Below, one piece after another: positions 40,795 to 53,360 of a stretch of 64,000 nucleotides of DNA. Below the pieces are notes generated by a model that was given only the letters and a program-made list of their open reading frames with translations, was not told where the DNA came from and made no database searches. A program made the position numbers and the translations under genes. The stretch comes from the human T2T-CHM13v2.0 reference genome, Homo sapiens. The stretch is taken from NCBI RefSeq assembly GCF_009914755.1, contig NC_060928.1. One strand, written 5' to 3'. Each line of letters starts with the position of its first letter. Position 1 is the first letter of the stretch.

Positions 40795-41004
40795 AGACGT
40801 TCGCACACCTGGGTGCCAGCGCCCCAGAGGTCCCGGGACAGCCCGAGGCGCCGCGCCCGCCGCCCCGAGCTCCCCAAGCCTTCGAGAGCGGCGCACACTC
40901 CCGGTCTCCACTCGCTCTTCCAACACCCGCTCGTTTTGGCGGCAGCTCGTGTCCCAGAGACCGAGTTGCCCCAGAGACCGAGACGCCGCCGCTGCGAAGG
41001 ACCA
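40795..41004 (+). other. AREG: AREG 5'UTR (exon 1 non-coding part); TSS approximately 40795
   Basis: CA|A initiator-like position 29 nt after the start of TATAAA; GC-rich; no ATG before 41005. TSS position is inferred and agrees with the recalled mRNA start AGACGTTCGC. Confidence 0.8.
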
Positions 41005-41065
41005 ATGAGAGCCCCGCTGCTACCGCCGGCGCCGGTGGTGCTGTCGCTCTTGATACTCGGCTCAG
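41005..41065 (+). CDS. AREG: Amphiregulin coding exon 1 (signal peptide MRAPLLPPAPVVLSLLILGS)
   Basis: ATG at 41005, 61 nt to donor CAG|GTGAG. Translation matches the AREG N-terminus as recalled. Confidence 0.98.
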
Positions 41066-41685
41066 GTGAGGATTCACCGGCGCTGAACTGCTGGGCTCTC
41101 CTCCCATGGCAGGTTTTGCCTCTTGAGTTTGGCTCTTGCTTCTCTAAAAATCGCCCTTTAGTTCCCCCGACCCTGCGCCGCAGGAGGTGATCACTGTAGC
41201 TCCCTCCCTAGGAGGAAAAGAGAAGGGCAGATGTCTCAAACGTCCAGGACAAGGTGTCCCAGAGAATCGCTGTACTTTTTCTTTAGTTCAGCTGAGAAGA
41301 CGGGAGAGATCATTTGAACCTAACCCTTCGTTTCACAGATTAAAAGATTAAAAAGACCAAGATCTAGAGAGGTGAAGTGATTTCCGCAGATATTGGACCC
41401 AGCAGTGTTTGCTGCCTCCTGCCTAATTCTCCATCTCTGTCTAGTGATTTCTTCTTTACCTTCCTAGAGGGACTTAGAGTATCCCGGCGAGAGGTTAAAA
41501 GCACCACTCTGATGCTGTTTTATTGAGACCTAAGAAAAAGCAAGATAAAGCAGTGGCTTAACTCTGGGCCCCAAATCTTACTTAGTACTCAGTTTATTGT
41601 CTATGTAGTAATAATAATAATGATAATGAAAAATGACAATAATAATCGATATAATTAACCACTGTTTATATTATTTTAAAAGATT

Positions 41686-41777
41686 ATCTTTTAAAAATAT
41701 CTTTTAAAAATATGAACACATCTTTTAAAAATATGAACACATCTTTTAAAAATATCTTTTAAAAATATGAACACATC
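41686..41777. repeat. Compound minisatellite in AREG intron 1
   Basis: Units A=ATCTTTTAAAAAT and B=ATGAACAC in the order A-A-B-A-B-A-A-B. Confidence 0.92.
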
Positions 41778-42192
41778 TGAAGAAAATCTGATATTTGTAT
41801 CTAAAACCTACCGAAATAGGCCAGGATGGCATTCTAGCAAAAAAAGAAATGCATTTGGAATGTGAAGTGATGGGAATTTTTAGACATTACCCATCAAGTA
41901 ATTGTATTAGATTAATTTGCCAATTTGGCGGGATTTTTTTGATGTGGAAATTAATGTGGATTATCTGTGGAAAAGAAAAACTTCAGAAAAGCACTTCTGT
42001 AATTGGGACAGCTGAATTTGCTTGCTGGCAAAAATGTAAAGTTTCTTTCATAGAAATGACTCAATCACAAACAATAGCACATGTGCAATAACTGCTTTGA
42101 TGTCAAAAGATAAACTTTTCTACCTAACACAGCTGACTCGAAAGGCACCCTACTTTACCTTTTCTTTTCTTCCTTTATTCCCTCCCCTGCAG

Positions 42193-42441
42193 GCCATTAT
42201 GCTGCTGGATTGGACCTCAATGACACCTACTCTGGGAAGCGTGAACCATTTTCTGGGGACCACAGTGCTGATGGATTTGAGGTTACCTCAAGAAGTGAGA
42301 TGTCTTCAGGGAGTGAGATTTCCCCTGTGAGTGAAATGCCTTCTAGTAGTGAACCGTCCTCGGGAGCCGACTATGACTACTCAGAAGAGTATGATAACGA
42401 ACCACAAATACCTGGCTATATTGTCGATGATTCAGTCAGAG
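42193..42441 (+). CDS. AREG: Amphiregulin exon 2 (pro-region, [17 protein letters not shown]...YIVDDSVR)
   Basis: Polypyrimidine tract + CAG acceptor; 249 nt; donor GAG|GTGAG; phase-compatible with exon 1; overlaps ORF 42210..42449. Confidence 0.98.
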
Positions 42442-42639
42442 GTGAGTAGGGGATAAAGCAAAAATATGGCCTGTGAGATGTGGGTTTATATGAGCAAAGC
42501 TGCTTCAGAAGTAAAGCTGCTCCCCAGATTTTCTAGTGGCTTTATTGTATATCTGTTGGATAGCCCCTAGGTAAACTGTGACAAAAAGAACCATAATGTG
42601 GGCACATCCTATATGGCCAGAGTGATCATAAATGGTGTA

Positions 42640-42835
42640 TGTCTCATTTTTAAACCTAATCTTCACAATGACTTTAAGTAGGAATTGTTATCCTCATTTT
42701 ACAGATGTGATAACTGAAGCCGAAAAAGGTTTTGCTCTAGGTTCTACAGGTGACAAGCAGATGAGCTAGAATTAGAGCTCCAGTCTGTTTGATTCTATGC
42801 AGAAGAGACACTAAGCTCTTTCCCACTATGCTACA
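42640..42835 (-). mobile_element. MIR in AREG intron 2
   Basis: TTATCCTCATTTTACAGATGTGATAACTGAAGC core. Confidence 0.65.
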
Positions 42836-44705
42836 TGACCCCCATTCTGAGAGACAAATTTAGACATTAACCATTCCTATCTACTTTGTATCTTAGCTTT
42901 TGTATCCCCTTCCCCAACACCACCCTTCCCCAGATAACTGCATTTTAACACAAATAAGGGGACAAGGAAGTAATGGGACAGGAGGCATTAGACTTTAGCG
43001 TTTAAGTACTAGGTGATGAGAAGCTGATGGAATAATAATAATAATGCCATCTGGAAATATTAAAGAAGGGTGAATATACTTAGATTTTGTATTGCTAAAA
43101 TCACTCTTTAACCCCAAATCCCATTTGTTAGTTATATAACCCATGGTTTCTTTCACTTTCCTGTTATCTCATATTTTAAAAAGGCCCTTTGCTTGGAGTG
43201 AAAGTACCAAAGTAAGAGAGAAATATTGCATACTTTGGAGTCTGAAGGAAGAAGAAGTTAACAGTAAATAAGATCTAAATATCCTAAGAGCATCCACTAC
43301 AGAGGCAGGGCAAGATGGTTTCAGAGCTGTTGAAGGCCTTTTCTGTCCTGACTTGAGTTTCCCTGGCTTCTCCCCCTCTTGTCTGGTTCTCAGAACTGGT
43401 GAAGGGACATCAAGTGGTACCAGAGGGACAGTGACTTGGGTGAGTGGGAAGTGAGAAAACCTTTAGCGAACACTCCACTTAATTCCCTTCCTTCTCAAAG
43501 TGTGCTTTTCTGTGAGGTGGGTAAGGGGTTCATTTGTGCTTATTTTTGAAGGCATGAGATTAGACCCATCAAGGTGTCTAGAAACTGTTCTCTTAAACAT
43601 GTTTCAAGTTGTTAACACTTCAGAAGGCCAAGTAAATGATTAGTAGTACAAATGATGACTAGTGCTCAAAATTGCAATGCATTGTGAAATAGAGTGAAAA
43701 TGTTGGCTGAACACCTTCGAAAGGCTAAGTTAAATGTCCATGATGTTAGTGCTTATCGCAACACTTCAGCATAGTGACTTTTTTATTTGCCTCTGTCTAT
43801 AGTTTGTAATCTATCTGACAAAGTGAAGTTACAACGTTCATTCAAAATATTTCTCTTAAAGGACTTTTCTGTCTTGTGCTTTTTTATCGTCAGAGAAAAG
43901 TTTCAATATAAAAATCGCATAACCACCTCTTAAACATTTGCTACTAATTTTACTTTTGTTAAATGTTATTATAATAAACTGCTAAAATACTCAGTATTTA
44001 TTTTCCATTTCCTTAATCACAGATATTCTATCTTTGATACCCTAGTTGACCTTCACTATGTTTCTAATGTTTTGTATTGAATGGGTGCTGCATGACCATT
44101 ATGACTAATGGTATTTTCTCTTTACTGAAATCTGTTTGCTAAATATTCACTTGGATAAACCTCTTCAGACATTAGTGTAACAAAATGCACAGCACTAACA
44201 TGCAAAGCCATTTGCTATCTTTAGTATGTGGGTAAACTACACCTTGCATAACTGCAAGACTGAACAAAAGTTTCTGTGGATCAGATAAGATAAATCTCTG
44301 AAGCACTGAATACAAATATTCCTGGGCTCCTGTTTTCAAATAGATTGACCACGAAAATGAGCTCCATGGAAATTATCAATTTGATTATAATCTGTTGTAA
44401 TCTGGGTGTTGGAGCATTGTAACATAGAGTAACTCTAATTTATAATTCTCAGTTTTTTCCACCTGCAAGTAGTACTCACTAATTCCCAACTATAATCATG
44501 AGTGGACACTACTTTCAGGTAGAAAAAACTGAAAATTATAAATTAGGGTTATGCAGTCCTCTCTAACTTTTATATTGTGTTAGGTAATGAGGCACGCATG
44601 GCTGTTACCCCTGTGAGCGCTCACTGCTATGACATCTTTCTCTCATGTCTCTAAAATTATATTCAAGTTTGAGAGACTCTTGTCAATAAATCTTTTCTTT
44701 TTTAG

Positions 44706-44907
44706 TTGAACAGGTAGTTAAGCCCCCCCAAAACAAGACGGAAAGTGAAAATACTTCAGATAAACCCAAAAGAAAGAAAAAGGGAGGCAAAAATGGAAAA
44801 AATAGAAGAAACAGAAAGAAGAAAAATCCATGTAATGCAGAATTTCAAAATTTCTGCATTCACGGAGAATGCAAATATATAGAGCACCTGGAAGCAGTAA
44901 CATGCAA
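44706..44907 (+). CDS. AREG: Amphiregulin exon 3 (basic heparin-binding region [21 protein letters not shown] and first four Cys of the EGF domain)
   Basis: TTTTAG acceptor; 202 nt reading [11 protein letters not shown]...[27 protein letters not shown]; donor AA|GTAAG. Confidence 0.98.
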
Positions 44908-45002
44908 GTAAGTTTTCCTAAAGCATATAGAATTTTGTATTTCTAGCACCATGTCTGAAACCCCTAACTGCAGGAAACCATTTATTTTTCCAATGTATAA
45001 AC

Positions 45003-45530
<528 letters not shown>

Positions 45531-45564
45531 ATAAACCATTATTTTTTGTGCATGCTCCTGCTTG

Positions 45565-45598
<34 letters not shown>

Positions 45599-46038
45599 CT
45601 ATATATATATGTATGTGTGTGTGTATGCATTTTTTAAAAACTCCTTTAAAAAAGGACCTAAAGGTAATTTTTGCATAATCTTTCACATTGTTTTAACCTC
45701 CTCCCCGCTTACCTCCCACAAGCAGCTAGCACATTAAATAATATTGGAATGTATCAACTGCATAACAAATCACTGAACTCATCAGTTGGTCATAAAAGAA
45801 ACACAAAGAATGACAAGGCGTGTCTTCTTGAACTATCACACCCAAACTAATCTCAACTTGTTCTTATACTAATAGATCCTTAGTTAGAATGCATTCTGTG
45901 TCTCATTATTTAAAATACGAGTATATGGCATAACTTTTTTAATGTTGGAATTAAATGGTTCTTTATGATCTGGAGAATAAGCTTAAAACACACCGCACGT
46001 TTTTGTGATTATAATTTTTAAATGTGAATTGCTTGCAG

Positions 46039-46191
46039 ATGTCAGCAAGAATATTTCGGTGAACGGTGTGGGGAAAAGTCCATGAAAACTCACAGCATGA
46101 TTGACAGTAGTTTATCAAAAATTGCATTAGCAGCCATAGCTGCCTTTATGTCTGCTGTGATCCTCACAGCTGTTGCTGTTATTACAGTCCA
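46039..46191 (+). CDS. AREG: Amphiregulin exon 4 (end of EGF domain, juxtamembrane stalk, transmembrane helix)
   Basis: TTGCAG acceptor; 153 nt reading [51 protein letters not shown]; donor CA|GTAAG. Confidence 0.98.
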
Positions 46192-48202
46192 GTAAGTATG
46201 ACATAACTTACAAATTCTTAATAAAATAATGGGAGGTTAATTTTTTCAGTATTTCTCTCATACTCTACTCTGGTATTTTAGATGAATTATTATATTGTCA
46301 CTTGATCTTTGGTTTATATTTTTATATTTTATTGACAAATATCACAGAAAGTGGTCAATGTTTATGACTTGTGGCCACCATTGAAATTTAACATGTAAAG
46401 CCCTTTTATAGAAGATCTAGAAATTTTTTGAACTTAAGTAATTGAAGGTTTTATTTCATGTTATTTTTCTACTCATGGTTACTTTAGAATCTCAGAAAAT
46501 ATTTATATCTACTGTGAAATCCTATGCTTCATCAAGCCTCAGGAGCTAATTAAGACCTGTTTATAGGAGGTTCGTAGTATCAGACATACTGCTTTGATAC
46601 TAAAAACGACAAAGAACTACAAATCATCAGCAGTAAAGAATAGATATGTTTTCTGCTCATATTAGAATGCAAAATTCTGAGTTAGGAATATTATAACATG
46701 GTACTAATTTACTTAGAGCTTATGCTTATTTTGTTACTATCGAATATGAGAACTCAATTATTAAAAATAAATTTCCATCATAAGACATGGCATAGCAAGC
46801 AAGGACAATTCTATTACTGTTTCACTCCAGCGTATCTTCCCTGTGCTCATAATAACAGATCACACACTTCACTTCATGGCCAGTAAATGTTAGGACTAGA
46901 CTGTCCCAGGTAGTAGGCACTGATGGGTGCATCAAAATGGCATTGTCTGTCAAACAGAAGTCACTGAATAAGGGAAGTTGGGGGAGGACATGAATGGCTC
47001 TGTGATGACTCATGTGCTACTAGAGCTTGGGAAAAGCAAGGGACTCATTCTTCTAATTTTAGGTCTTGGTAAATAACTTTAACAGCTATCCACTTGTGTA
47101 CATGATCTACCACGACTACCATTCAGGAAACAAGGGGTTATCTTCTGCCATTGTTGACAATTATTTTAAATTTAGATGAGATCATCATAACATGACACAT
47201 AAAAATTGTTTCATCATGCATATCAAGTTTGATATGTAGCTTAAATTTATTTTGCACACACTAGAATTTGTCCTGGTTTTCTAGTACCTCAAGGCAGATA
47301 TGCAAAGGTGTTTAGGAGACATACTCTCAGACAAACCATTATTATTTTAAAGGATAGAACAAAACAATCGCTAGTTAAGGAAGATGTTTTGTAATAATTA
47401 AACTTGTAATTATTTGACTTGAAATATTTAATCATTTTTTGGGAAAGAATGGATAGATTTTGTTAATGTTAGCACTCTTAAAATTAAGCAGTGGCTTTTT
47501 TCCCCGTGTCTCCCATATTCTCCTTGTGTTTGAAACATAAAACAAACACTAAACCTAAGCAAAAGTTGCTGGGTTTGTTTTCATAATTGAGGTGAGTTTT
47601 TCCCTCAACTATTACAATAAAAGAAAACTTTTTATGATTTTAATGATAATGTTTTGTGGTGGGTTAAAGACCTCCTAACAACAGGGGGTTTTTATACAAC
47701 AACAAGAAGTTTTTAAATAATTGAGTTTTTAAAGTGGAAAGCAGCAGTAAATTAAACTAGAAGGATATATTTTATACCTAGAAATAAATAAAGCTCAACT
47801 TGTTTTGTAAGCCTGTTTCAAAAATATTTAATCATTTAATTTGTGCAAGTATAGAGTTCTCCTATGGCAAAACTATACCATCATCTTCTCCAATTGTGCA
47901 TGGCAGCTGTACTAAGTTCTGCAAAAACAAGACATATGGATGTGTTTCATACCTTCTCAGAATTGGTATATCAAGACACATTTAAATATAAGCCCTCTGG
48001 AAATGGATTTATATACAGTCAACATAAATACCCCCTTAGAAATTGGTAATATTTTATAGCCAGGTTTAGGTTTAGTGTCAAGTATAGTGATTGCTGGTCT
48101 ATCACTACTCATGAAGTGGAACCCCCTCTACTCATAAAAACCCCAATCAAACATATAGATGAATAGAACCTTGATAACATTAGAATGCCTTGTTCTCTGA
48201 AG

Positions 48203-48296
48203 GCTTAGAAGACAATACGTCAGGAAATATGAAGGAGAAGCTGAGGAACGAAAGAAACTTCGACAAGAGAATGGAAATGTACATGCTATAGCATAA
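48203..48296 (+). CDS. AREG: Amphiregulin exon 5 coding part (cytoplasmic tail [30 protein letters not shown])
   Basis: CTGAAG acceptor; TAA at 48294-48296. Total CDS 61+249+202+153+94=759 nt = 252 aa. Exon continues to donor CAG|GTTTGA at 48314. Confidence 0.97.
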
Positions 48297-49270
48297 CTGA
48301 AGATAAAATTACAGGTTTGAGTTTTAAAATATATCTTTAGATCATATCCTATAATTTTGAAAAATTTAACACTATATAATCTCAAGAAAAATATGGAATG
48401 TGTTCTTAATTATATATACACTATGAACAATGGCTATGTTAAAGTATTATTCTTTGAGTATAAGATGGAATTCAATGTTGAGAATAGACTACGTGTTTAA
48501 TAAGTATTATTAGGGATATAAATATAAGAGACACTGGTCCAGTTCTCAAAGAAGTTATTGTTTAGTAGATAGGAAAAAAATGTAAGAAACCAGAATACTA
48601 GGGATGTAAAATAAATGTCATGAGAAAGGAACCAATGGAGTATGAGAAGTTTCCAGTGAAAAACAGAAAGAATCCAGTAGAATTTATTTAGGGAAGAGGA
48701 AAAGATGTGTTCGGGGTGGCCTTGGAAGTGAACGTTGAAGGACTAGTGAGATTGGTTCAAGAAACTGTGAAGGGAAAGAAAGGGTTATACTGAGAAATGG
48801 AAGAGATAATTTTAGAAACTTGTGAAAAATGGCTTAATCTAAATGAGTGTTAGGGGAGATACAGTTGTGATGATAGGTTGAGCTCACATGGTGGAGAGCC
48901 ACAGTTGCGGGTGCTTGCACTGATAATGTGAGGGCATGGAGACAGACAATAGGTTGAATGCTCTTTTTTTACAAAAGGAAGTAGAAAGGGAGGGGGATGT
49001 AAATTTGATAAATAGGTTGGTGAAAACTTATATTTTCTTGTAAAGAGAGAGAACTGAGCATGTTGTAGGTATAAGGTAAAAAGGCGTGAAGAGGAATATT
49101 TCGTTGATAATGAAAGTGAGCAGCTAGGGAAGAAAACTCCCAGAGGAAGAGGGAGGCAAGGAAATCAAGAACACACTTAAAGTTTGTCAGAAGAAGGAAC
49201 TTTATTTCCTTAAACATTCAAGAAAGATGATGTCATTTCAGTTATTGATTGTCTAACTTCAGTAGGTTTA

Positions 49271-49598
<328 letters not shown>

Positions 49599-50417
49599 AA
49601 TTACTTGAGATGCTTGTTGAATATGCATATTCCTAAGCCCAGCCCTAAATCTACTGAATCAGAATTCTATTTTTAATGTACACTCCAGATGGTTCTGATA
49701 CTTGAACAACGCTATATTTAGCATTGGTTAAGTACAGATATTTTGTTTTTAGCCTATTGCAGAATTAGCTCAATAATTCATAAAATGGGTAATTATTCAT
49801 ACCAATGCTAAACTCAGTATTTATTACATCAAAATTTTTAATGTATTGGCTAATTTTGGTAAAGCTAAGACCACCAGTGTGAATAAGGATGGATTTTTGG
49901 TTATTTGCCACTGAGATTTTTTAGCATAGATCCCAGAATTATTTTAGGAAAAAGAATATGCTGTGCTAGCACATAGTGGGTGCCTATTAACTGGTAGTTA
50001 CTATTATTATGCCCTTGGTACTAATTTTCCTAAATTAACTATATATCATAAATATGCTGAGACAGTTAATCTTTGATTTTAATTATGTCCACTGCATAGA
50101 TTTGGTTAGGAAAACTATTTCTCATGACTGCTGTTGCATTTTTATTAAGCAGAATTTGATGCAACAGATTTGAGCATATGTGGACTTCTACTGAACTAGG
50201 TGTATAATCAAAGCAAGTGTGAAAGAGGAACTCAAGCCGAAGTAAGAGTTGGTCTCTGAAAAATCTTAGCATTTCTCAAACGATGTACTAGAAAACAACT
50301 GACAGAAATTCTGATTCCTGATTATGCTTTAAAGTTTCTTAAAGCTCTGCTGGAATTGAGCTTATCTGTAACATTTTGTTTTATTTTATTATTTTATTTT
50401 ATTTTATTTTCTCACAG

Positions 50418-50666
50418 GATATCACATTGGAGTCACTGCCAAGTCATAGCCATAAATGATGAGTCGGTCCTCTTTCCAGTGGATCATAAGACAATGGACC
50501 CTTTTTGTTATGATGGTTTTAAACTTTCAATTGTCACTTTTTATGCTATTTCTGTATATAAAGGTGCACGAAGGTAAAAAGTATTTTTTCAAGTTGTAAA
50601 TAATTTATTTAATATTTAATGGAAGTGTATTTATTTTACAGCTCATTAAACTTTTTTAACCAAACA
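50418..50666 (+). other. AREG: AREG exon 6 (3'UTR) with AU-rich elements
   Basis: T-rich tract + CACAG acceptor at 50417; ATTTA pentamers at 50603, 50607, 50614 and 50629; ATTAAA at 50645. The 3' end is approximate. Confidence 0.9.
50645..50650 (+). terminator. AREG: Polyadenylation signal ATTAAA of AREG
   Basis: Common variant hexamer at the end of the AU-rich terminal exon. Confidence 0.8.
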
Positions 50667-51654
50667 GATTGAGAGTTTGAATATTAGTTCTGATATTGCA
50701 AGACTCCAGTGTACTTTTCTCCTAACAGTTGGTTGATCATTTAAAAAGGCTTTTCTCTCTCTTTTTACTGTCTTTATGTTGATTTTTAAAACTCATTTTT
50801 TATTAGATGACATTCTTCATGGGAGAATTATAATCTAGAGTCACATAGTTCTCCCACAAACATGAGTGTTTATAATAATAATCCCAAATTGGTCTTACTT
50901 ATCCAATGTAGAACTTATACCAAGTGCTGTTAATTATAAAAGCATCTAGAATCAAGATAAGGTGCTACCTCTCTGTTACAGTGCACCTAGATTATTATAA
51001 AAGAAAGCAAACTCACTGCCCATCACTATGACCATCATAGACAATGAGAGAAAAATAAGTTTGAATATTACAAGAGTGACATTTTAAGAGAACTAGGAAG
51101 TATTTACATTTGAGACTTCTTTCCCTAATATCAAGACATGAATGTATGAGGTATCTAAAACCCACTCCTTCTTTCCCTCCTCTTGTTACTATTTTCTTAC
51201 AGTATTGTATTTTAAACAAATGTGTGTGTATTGGTGGTGGATGCTCTTTCAAGAACGCTAAGGTTACGGGATGCCTCGCAGTTTGATGTCTGGCTGATGA
51301 ACTAAGTTGCCTACTTACAAAACAAAACAACCTTTATGATATGTGTATGGGGAATATTACCAGCAATCATCTCACGGAAGAGAAATTCATGAATGAAAGG
51401 TGCATTAAGCATCAACACCTTCATATGTCTCTGGCATATTATCCACCAGATCCTTGCCCAGTGATCATCTAACCAATGAGCTCCCAGCCTCAGCTATACC
51501 TTATCACTACTTGAAAAGTTTTAAATGTCTAAGCTCCTAGACTCCCCTCCCAGAGCCTCCCATTTCAATGGACTAGAGTGAGTTGTTGGTATTAACATTT
51601 TTAAAAGATCCCTAGATATTTCCTATATGCAACTAGTGTTGAGCCTCATCCTAG

Positions 51655-53000
51655 TTCACTAAATATTTATTGCAGGTGATTCAAGTATAGTGTAAGACAG
51701 AAAAGCTCTGCCTTCAAGACATTTACCACCTAGTTAGCAGGAGGTGGTATGTTTTCTCAATGCAGTGCAGTAAATAACTGGCTGAGGTGTGCAGCAGGAA
51801 TCCCTAGGATAGCTCCCAGGAAGCTATCACCTAGCTCAGCCTGAATGAGTCAGGGAGGGCTTCCTGGAGAGATGCTACCTGAAACTTTTTTGAAGGATGA
51901 ATAGGAGTTATGGAAACGAGATTGTTATAGGCATAAGCAAAATTACAAAATCACCAAACAATATGACCTGAAAGAGAAAATACAGAAAATCATTCAGTAT
52001 CAACCTGTGAAGTCAAAAGAGGATCTAAGGAAGCTGGGTGGTGAGGGCAGGGTCACACTGTAGGCCATGGAAAGCAATGGGAAATCAGGGTACAAACTTG
52101 ATCAGATTTGCATTCCAGATAGGTCATCAGACCACAGTGCTGGGGAGGGATTTTAGCCAAGCCAAAGGTCAGAAGATAGGCTTAGAAGCAATTGAGCTAT
52201 TCCAGGTGGGATGTAAAGAACATCTGAAGCTAAGAAGGGAAACTTTTGATTTGAAGTTTTATAAAAACACAAAAACGTAGCAGGGGGCAATGAAGTGCAC
52301 CTGTAGTCTTAGCTACTTGCCAGGCTGAGTCGGGTGGAAAGCTTGAGCCCAGGAGTTCAAGGCTGTAGTGTGTTATGATCACACCTGTGAATAGCTACTG
52401 CACTCCAGCCTTGGAAACATTGCAAGACCTCATATCTGAAAAAAGCAAAACAAACAAAAACAACAACAAAAAAAGATTATTTATTATAGAAACAAAGCTG
52501 AAAGTAATGAGATAATGGAAGAAGAGAATAAATCTGGGATCACTCTCAGATTCCTGGCTTCAATGGCTAGGTGGCTGGTGAAATGATTTAAAGTAAGGAA
52601 TCCTTGAACTGGCTTGTTCTATATTTTAGAAGGGAAACATAGCTTTTCACTTATTGACTGAAGAATGGCTCTTCTCTATTTTGTAAAGTCATCGTTTTAA
52701 ATTTGTAACAGATTTACGAGGAAATAACTATCAGCCTGGCCAGTTAGTCAACTGAATCAACCCTGATCCTTACCTCACATGTGAGACTGAACATAGGGAA
52801 GAAAAAGAGAAGGCCTACAAGTGTGATAATGAATTCTGCTTTGGATCGGTGGAGTTTGAGGTGCTGGAAGGCATCCAGTAAGCAGTTAGATACACAAGAA
52901 GTTCATGGAGAAAAAAAAACTTGTAGATTGAGAGTTATCAAAATATATTTGGTAACAAAAGCCACGTAAGCGCTCAAGATTACCAAAGGAGGCTATAATA
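51655..53000 (-). mobile_element. Fragmented L2
   Basis: AGTCAGGGAGGGCTTCCTGGAG..TGAAGGATGAATAGGAGTT and GAGTTTGAGGTG..GGCATCCA blocks; approximate. Confidence 0.55.
52279..52475 (+). mobile_element. FAM (fossil Alu monomer)
   Basis: Single monomer with the 7SL-like GGCTGTAGTGTGTTATGATCACACCTGTGAATAGCTACTGCACTCCAGCC segment and an A-rich tail. Confidence 0.8.
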
Positions 53001-53164
53001 AGTCAGAAGAAATATGTGTGTTGACAATTTTTGCCAGTGGTCACCACTGTGAAGGTTCTAGGCTTGCTATCCCATATACTTTTCTAGCCCTTAAAACAAA
53101 AGTTTATGAAGTCATTACAGTGGAGTAGAAGGGAAAACACTATTACCTTAAAAATAATAATAAA

Positions 53165-53360
53165 TCTCAAATTTATTGAGTAGTTTGGTATCCCATAGAC
53201 TCTTCTAAGTGCTTTACAAGTGGTAACTCATCTACTTTTTTAGAGGCTAGATACATTTTATAAATAAGTAAAGTGAGGCTCAGAGAGATTAAGAAACTTG
53301 ACCACGGTCACATAGCTAATAAATGACAGTGTCAGGTCTCTGGCTACAGAGTTGGTCCAC
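53165..53360 (-). mobile_element. MIR
   Basis: TGAGGCTCAGAGAGATTAAGAAACTTGACCACGGTCACATAGCTAATAAATGACAG core. Confidence 0.75.

Larger units (their letters stand above)
40620..41190. promoter_or_regulatory. CpG island over AREG promoter and exon 1
   Basis: Abrupt GC- and CpG-rich stretch in an otherwise AT-rich, CpG-depleted window. Confidence 0.9.

Noticed and set aside
40737-41069. 110-aa ORF starting at the ATG overlapping the CRE
   Set aside because: Its ATG is upstream of the TATA box and inferred TSS, and it is out of frame with AREG; it would matter only for an unproven upstream TSS.
40625-41107. 160-aa antisense ORF over the promoter
   Set aside because: Expected in a GC-rich CpG island; low-complexity Ala/Gly/Arg/Pro composition; no recognisable domain.
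41686-41777. CRISPR-like appearance of the repeat array
   Set aside because: Eukaryotic intron; intervening units are identical rather than unique spacers; no cas genes.
52049-52135. Possible oestrogen response elements (GGTCA half-sites; also at 13099)
   Set aside because: No GGTCAnnnTGACC palindrome; only half-sites within L2-derived sequence.
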